Positions 8,726 to 15,253 of a DNA stretch of 15,253 bases are shown one piece after another (the first letter of the stretch is position 1; the number at the start of each line of letters is the position of its first letter). The notes beneath the pieces were generated by a model. The model ran no database searches, was not told the origin of the DNA, and worked only from the letters and a program-made list of their open reading frames with translations. The DNA is from Paraspadella gotoi (Eukaryota > Animalia > Chaetognatha): contig CM119266.1 of NCBI GenBank assembly GCA_051294375.1, forward strand, positions 24,555,775 through 24,571,027. Direction: 5' to 3'. Made by a program: the position numbers and the translations under genes.

Positions 8726-10501
8726 CTCAAAGGCCCCTCTCGGCCGAAGGGGCTGTAAAGACCCGGAAAAAAGAAAAGGGGCAGCGGAGACAAAAGGCTC
8801 CGTGGGTCGCGGGGTTTTTCTGTCTGCGAAGGTGTTGGAATCGACAGGCCCGGCGACGCGGGGGGGAGAAGGGGGGGTGACCCGAGGCCTCGGTCCCCCT
8901 AGGGGGGGTTCACGACGAGAGCTTTGTGCGGAGGGGGTAAGGTGGTTCGGTTGGAGAGGAACGACGGCGATGTATCGTAAAAAAAAGGAGTTTCGTCTCG
9001 TCCACAGATTGCTTTGCTAATATGCATCGGTTTACAATAACAAGATATTTTTTTACAAACGTCTGCTTTTCTACCGACTCCTTTTTCTGGGTTTTCCTCA
9101 TTTTTCTAATTTCCTTTTTTTTCCTTTTTTCCTTTTTTTTTTCTTTCTTTTTTTAGGTGATCCGAACTGCGTCGGCGAAGATCAAAGGATCTGGCCGCCT
9201 TTAATAGGGTTAAAACGGAATCGAGGCTCGAAAGGAATTCTCGCCACGATTTCTTCACCGCGAGACTTTGTGACTTCGTGAGTCGGAGACTTCGTGATAC
9301 TTCACGCGATAAGAGACAAGAGAAGTGTGAGTCCTCCTTTCTGTCTTATCTTTCTGTCTTTTCTGGTTCAGTTTCGCTATTTGTTTTTATTTAGCTTTAT
9401 GATTGTGTATTGTGTATAATTTTTTTGTTTCGTTTCTATTATTTTCCAGTTTTTCCTTCTTATCTTCTTCCTGTCTTTCTGTTTTTTACTTCTTTCTTTC
9501 CCTCTCCACTTTGTTTCTGGCAGACAATGACGCCACCTGCCGGCGACCGTTTGAACCTCAATGCTCTACGGCTTCTTTCCAAATTTGTTTCTTTCTTCTG
9601 TCGGCAAAAAATCTTTTAATCATTCGAAGCAAAAGAGAGAAAAATGAACAACCACGTTACGGGGTGGTTGGGTGGTGGTTTGGTGGTGGTTGAGTGGTGG
9701 TTGAGTGGTGGTTGGGTGAGTTTGGGTGAGGATGTGCAGCGGGGTGCAACGATGAGTGGCGTTGAGAAGAGTGAGGTTAACTCGACGAGATAAAGAAGAG
9801 GAAAGGAATGCAAATTGGCTCACAGCGATCATTTGATTGAAGTAACTGAGTCGTTAGGGCACAAGGCTTTTTCCTTCGACTTGAGTTGCATCCGAGAAAT
9901 ATGAAAGAGATGAAGCAGATGAGAGAGAGAGAGAGAGAGAGAGAAAGCGTAGCGGTGAATCGGCCCGCGCAAAGTGGGCCATTTAGGCAAATTCATTATC
10001 CGCCTTCACTCCTTTTGTTTTTATGGTTGCGCTCTGTCAATTATCATCGGCGGTCCCTTTGATCTTCCGCCGCGGTCAGATGCCGGTCAAAGAGACGATC
10101 ACGACGACGAGGACGACGACGATCGCGACGACGACGACGACATAGACGACGACGGAGATCGAAAGCGAAAAACCGAACCTCTCTTTTTTTCTCACAGTAA
10201 ACTCGAGTGCTTGAGTCTCGAGGAACGCGTTTTTCTCGTGGCGAACGAGGCGGTGTTCCCTGTAGCAGAGGTTTTACAGGGCGAAACATTCGGTCGAGCG
10301 TAGCGATTGCATCCAAGCAAAATGTTTATCAATGTTTTGTATTGCTTTATTATCTTGTATTGGCAAGATTAAATGAATGAATACATTTTATATTTTAGTG
10401 CCAATTTAATAAGAAGGCAAAAAATCTTTGATACGATTACAAAATCTCTTTTAGGGTTCAAATTTAGCTTCTGCTATATTTGTCTGAGCGATTAGAGATC
10501 T

Positions 10502-11155
10502 NNNNNNNNNNNNNNNNNNNNNNNNNNNNNNNNNNNNNNNNNNNNNNNNNNNNNNNNNNNNNNNNNNNNNNNNNNNNNNNNNNNNNNNNNNNNNNNNNNN
10601 NNNNNNNNNNNNNNNNNNNNNNNNNNNNNNNNNNNNNNNNNNNNNNNNNNNNNNNNNNNNNNNNNNNNNNNNNNNNNNNNNNNNNNNNNNNNNNNNNNNN
10701 NNNNNNNNNNNNNNNNNNNNNNNNNNNNNNNNNNNNNNNNNNNNNNNNNNNNNNNNNNNNNNNNNNNNNNNNNNNNNNNNNNNNNNNNNNNNNNNNNNNN
10801 NNNNNNNNNNNNNNNNNNNNNNNNNNNNNNNNNNNNNNNNNNNNNNNNNNNNNNNNNNNNNNNNNNNNNNNNNNNNNNNNNNNNNNNNNNNNNNNNNNNN
10901 NNNNNNNNNNNNNNNNNNNNNNNNNNNNNNNNNNNNNNNNNNNNNNNNNNNNNNNNNNNNNNNNNNNNNNNNNNNNNNNNNNNNNNNNNNNNNNNNNNNN
11001 NNNNNNNNNNNNNNNNNNNNNNNNNNNNNNNNNNNNNNNNNNNNNNNNNNNNNNNNNNNNNNNNNNNNNNNNNNNNNNNNNNNNNNNNNNNNNNNNNNNN
11101 NNNNNNNNNNNNNNNNNNNNNNNNNNNNNNNNNNNNNNNNNNNNNNNNNNNNNNN
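10502..11155. other. Assembly gap
   Basis: N run. Confidence 1.
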
Positions 11156-11186
11156 AAGGAAGGAAGGAAGGAAGGAAGGAAGGAAG
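11156..11186. repeat. (AAGG)n microsatellite at a gap edge
   Basis: Directly visible. Confidence 0.9.
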
Positions 11187-12162
11187 GGGTCTTTTAAAAA
11201 TGATATTGGTATTGGTCATTCATTTTAAAAGGAGCCAAACTTTACAGCACTATATTATTAAATAATACTCAAAAAGAACTCTTCATCTTCACGAGGCGAG
11301 ACACCTCCCCGGCGAAGCAGCCACATAATGCGGCAGAATGCTGCGAGATGCTGCAAAAACTGATGATGCTGCGTGAAATGTTCTTTCGTTCTTTCAAAGG
11401 CGTCGATCTGAACCGCGGGGCGGGGGAAGGGAAAGTGGATGGATGGAGGGGGGACGGGAGAGTAGAAACGGAAGAAAGGCGTGGCCTTCGGGGTCACCGT
11501 CATCGGTCCCGCGGGGTCGAATCCGAGGTCATTTCTGTTTTGATTTTTGACTTTCATTCCTTTCATTCATCTTTTTCTCTTTTCTTTCCTCCGTTTCCTC
11601 CGTTTCCTCCGTTTTCGTCTCCTCTTCGCTCTGTCTTCTTGTTTTTCTTTTTTTTTTTCTTCTTTTTTTTCAGTTTTTCCATTTTCTTTCGTCTTTACTC
11701 ATTTGTTTCTTAGCTACTCCGTCCCTTCACCATCCAGTGTAAACTTTGTTTTTTTTTTCTCTGATATTCTACAATTTTCATATATGCTTTTTTTTTTTAT
11801 ATTGGCATAAATAATCTTTCTTTTTAAGTTTTTTTTCAAGTGAAGTTTTTAACCTGGGCCCTGGGACGTGGAATTGTTTTTTTCCTAATTTCCCCTTCAA
11901 CCCTCAAACTCTATGAGGTTTACTTTATCCTTTTCTTTTCTTTTCTTTTTCCACGACTTAGTCCAACTCTTTTCTTCAACCTTTGCGTTTTCCTCCATTT
12001 CCTTTTTTCCTTTCCTCCCTCAGGATTCGGCCTTTCGGACCTGACCTTCAGCGGAGCCTTGGTCGGCGTCGGAGAAGGTCAGCGTCATCCTCACCTCTTA
12101 TTTCCTTCCATCAACAATTCGGGTAAACACTTCCTAAAACCATTCTTCCTTCTCTCTATTTG

Positions 12163-12164
<2 letters not shown>

Positions 12165-12198
<34 letters not shown>
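12165..12198. repeat. (CT)n microsatellite at a gap edge
   Basis: Directly visible. Confidence 0.95.
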
Positions 12199-12302
12199 NN
12201 NNNNNNNNNNNNNNNNNNNNNNNNNNNNNNNNNNNNNNNNNNNNNNNNNNNNNNNNNNNNNNNNNNNNNNNNNNNNNNNNNNNNNNNNNNNNNNNNNNNN
12301 NN
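12199..12302. other. Assembly gap
   Basis: N run. Confidence 1.
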
Positions 12303-12349
12303 AAATTATTTCTAAATAAAGCTTACAAACTTACTATCGTCTTCTCTCG

Positions 12350-12830
12350 TCTGACAAGGCTGCTCACTTCTCGCGCCATTTTTTCCCCCTGCTAATTCTT
12401 TTTTCATGCAATTTCTATTTTCTGAGCTACGACATAAATCAGTCGAGCGCCTTCGTCTCTCCCCTCCTCCCATTCTAAGCGGAAGCCGACCCCCGCGCCC
12501 TCTTAACCGCCAACGCCGCGGTTCGGGTTGGGAAAATAGCGACTTATTTGATTGATTGATTGATTGACGTCGTGATTGACGCGGTGATGGCGTTACGCCA
12601 ATACATCAGAAGACAACGTTCCCGATCGAAGAAGGCAAATGACGATTGGCGTCGCTAGTCCCAAACGTTGCCGTTGGCGCGGCTCCCGAGCTATGGGGCG
12701 CTGGCGTCTTAGGTCGGCGAAAACGCTGAATCAGCATCGCAATGAAAAGGGCTTATCTCTCGGAATCCGAGAGAGAGGAGACGCCTCGGGAGACGCGACG
12801 AGGATGCCTCCGCCATTTTGATCGAGGAAG
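12350..12830. promoter_or_regulatory. Candidate upstream cis-regulatory module (PBX/HOX, PBX/MEIS-like and YY1/PHO motifs)
   Basis: TGATTTAT on the minus strand at 12434-12441, (TGAT)4TGAC at 12549-12568, TGATTGAC at 12573-12580, and CGCCATTTT at 12374 and 12811. Confidence 0.35.
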
Positions 12831-13015
12831 TTGGGGGGAAATTCGAGTTGCGAAGTTGGCGACTGCGTGAAAAGGAAAAATAATTGGCGAAATGTTAGAG
12901 ACGTTGTGAAATATAGAGGTAAAACACTAAACAGGTTTTGTAATTTATTAAAAGTGTATTTAAACTTCTTGTAGACCTCCGAAAAAATTGTCAGTATTAA
13001 ATTTCGCTAAGAAGA

Positions 13016-13020
<5 letters not shown>

Positions 13021-13078
<58 letters not shown>
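13021..13078. repeat. (CT)n microsatellite
   Basis: Directly visible. Confidence 0.95.
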
Positions 13079-13079
<1 letters not shown>

Positions 13080-13183
13080 GCACTCTCTCGCCTTCCTCAT
13101 TTGCCGCCTTTCTATCGCGCCGCGAAGGGTTTCTGTCAACTTGATATATAATGGCCATTAAATGAAATTATATTGAGGATGGT

Positions 13184-13234
13184 GGAGGAAGAGGAGGAGG
13201 AGGAGGAGGAGGAGGAGGAAGAAGAGGAGGAGGA
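13184..13234. repeat. (GGA)n microsatellite
   Basis: Directly visible, imperfect. Confidence 0.9.
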
Positions 13235-14317
13235 GATGGCGAGGCCGGGCGAGCAAGCCCCCTCCGACGCTCCATCTGCAGGGGAAAAAATTTTTTTTTT
13301 AATTTGCTGAAAAAAAAATACTAAGTGAGTTCAAAAAAAAAAGTACTCAGTTAATTTTTAAATTTTAAACATTTCAATTCAACGGCAAGAGATTATATTT
13401 TACTCGGACAAAAGAACACAATAATTAAAAAACAATTTCATTAAACAAGTTTCTAGTGACATATATAGATGACAGATATAAACTAAAATAAAAAAAATAA
13501 AACTACTGTAGCTAAACCCTCTGACCTTTTAATTTGATTAAAAATATATTTGTTCTACCGAACAAACTATTTTGTATTTCACGTTTGCGGTTTAACTTTC
13601 TCGAGGTTCGATCCAGGGGTCTCTATCACTGTTTCTTAGTTTGTTAGTTTTTTTAATTTTCATGGTTTAGTTTTGTTCAAACACTGCCTCGACTGATTAA
13701 CGTACAGCGTCAAAAAAAAAAACAGAAAGAAACCCTATTTTAGCACAAAAAATCCTTCATGAACCAAAAATTAAATATTTATCCAAAATAAATTGGAAGC
13801 TTCCTGCTTCGCCGAGGGCACAAGGTGGGTGATCCGCGATAAAAGTCCGCTGCCATCGCGTCGCCAGGAAATCGTTCGACGAATCGGCGTAAAAAATTTA
13901 GAGAACGCCAACGAATGAGCTTTGCCGGTTTGAGAACCAAACAAGACGTCAACTATCGATTTTTAAGGCGAATCGACGTCAAAAAGGGAACTCTCCGAAC
14001 TTATCGGCGGAGAGACATTCCTTCTCTCCGCCAATGAGCGTCGAGAGAATTAGTCCGACCTCGAATCGAGACAATCTCCTCGAGGCCGAAAATTGCAATC
14101 GGCTCCGCGACCGACTTCACCTACATTCGTCTTCTTCGCGCTGTCGAGTGACACCTTTACGAGTCGCGTTTGTCGAGGATGTCGCCGGCGTCGTCGTCGT
14201 CGTCGTCGTCTTCTTCATCGTCGGCGTCCGTTTTTAATGAAAGCGAAGAAAAAGTTTCATTTAATAATCCCCAGACACACACACTCTCCAGATTTTTTGT
14301 TTTTAATTGGATTTAGA

Positions 14318-14318
14318 G

Positions 14319-14394
<76 letters not shown>
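14318..14394. repeat. (GA)n microsatellite
   Basis: Directly visible, interrupted. Confidence 0.95.
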
Positions 14395-14673
14395 CCGAAA
14401 GAGAGAAAAGTGAGGCGTCTTCATTTTTTTTTTCATTTCCAAGCGATGTCGGCGTGGCAGAGTCTTTTTGAGCGACAGATATGCGGACTAATAATTGTCC
14501 GCGACTCCGAGACTTAGGGAGAATCCAGTTATCACTTCTCTTTTTAGCAATTTTCTTCTCTTTGCTTTTTTTTACTTTTTTTGTTGGAAGGGAAGGGCTA
14601 CCTGATTAGGCGATTATTATAATTTATATTTTAATTGCTTATTATTTATGACTTTGACCAAAACGAAAAGGAA

Positions 14674-14745
14674 GAATGAATGAATGAATGAATGAATGAA
14701 TGAATGAATGAATGAATGAATGAATGAATGAATGAATGAATGAAT
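14674..14745. repeat. (GAAT)18 microsatellite
   Basis: Perfect tetranucleotide repeat. Confidence 0.95.
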
Positions 14746-14974
14746 ATAGACTAATTTCGCATTTTGCACGCCGGTCTGCAGTTACACAAATCAGCGAGCG
14801 AGAAAAAAGTTTCTGCAATTAGAATTTTTTTAAGTGGTCATGCAAACCGACTTTTTACTTCAAAATTTAATATTTATATAATTATTAAAGTATTTCTTTA
14901 TTTGTGAACCGCTCCTTATCAAAAAAATGCGAGTAAAACTTTTGAAAAAAATAACAGGAACTCCAAGTGAGGGA

Positions 14975-14976
<2 letters not shown>

Positions 14977-15053
<77 letters not shown>
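14977..15053. repeat. (GA)n microsatellite
   Basis: Perfect dinucleotide repeat. Confidence 0.95.
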
Positions 15054-15054
<1 letters not shown>

Positions 15055-15253
15055 ATCGCGGGATGCAGCCCCGAGCGGGATGGCAGTTTTATCGCCTGAC
15101 TTCAACTCGCTCTCCACGAAAAAGATTCCCCAACGAATGCCCTCCAAAAGATTTTTGTTCTTCCGATCCACAATTCCACAATTCCCCCCAAATTCCACCC
15201 TCCCCACCCCGCCCCTACCCACCCCGCCCCCTCCCCACCCACTCTCTCCTCCA

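Noticed and set aside
9661-9731. GGTGGTTGAGT repeats whose minus-strand translation (LNHHSTT) echoes LNHSSTT in the exon
   Set aside because: Low-complexity CAA/CCA sequence in a short ORF, without convincing exon boundaries.
10251-10292. Hairpin CCCTGTAG...TTACAGGG resembling the 5' end of miR-10
   Set aside because: The stem is only ~8-14 bp with a short loop, too small for a pre-miRNA, and the sequence diverges from miR-10 after CCCTGTAG.
11360-11378. CTGATGA...GAAA hammerhead ribozyme core
   Set aside because: No proper stem II (G-C closing pair absent), and stems I and III were not found.
7570-15222. Many short ORFs rich in F/L/S or E/R
   Set aside because: Translations of microsatellites and poly-T tracts.

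Overview
Draft-assembly eukaryotic DNA, most likely from an invertebrate animal. It is rich in microsatellites, has three N-gaps, has GT-AG splice signals and shows no CpG depletion. The one well-supported gene feature is a large minus-strand first coding exon (5187->3654, 511 codons plus 1 nt). It encodes a low-complexity His/Ala/Gln/Asn/Asp/Ser-rich protein N-terminus of the kind found in developmental transcription factors. I could not find a DNA-binding domain in the window, so the gene is left unnamed. The rest appears to be intron (1-3653) and about 10 kb of upstream non-coding DNA. These regions hold several candidate cis-regulatory modules: a helically phased GATA cluster, a PBX/HOX-TALE motif cluster with PHO/YY1 motifs between GA repeats, and CCAAT boxes. 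There are also candidate small exons, a possible divergent spliced transcript and a degenerate tRNA-like fragment. I found no prokaryotic system, CRISPR array or recognisable transposase, and I cannot support a novel system beyond these regulatory hypotheses.
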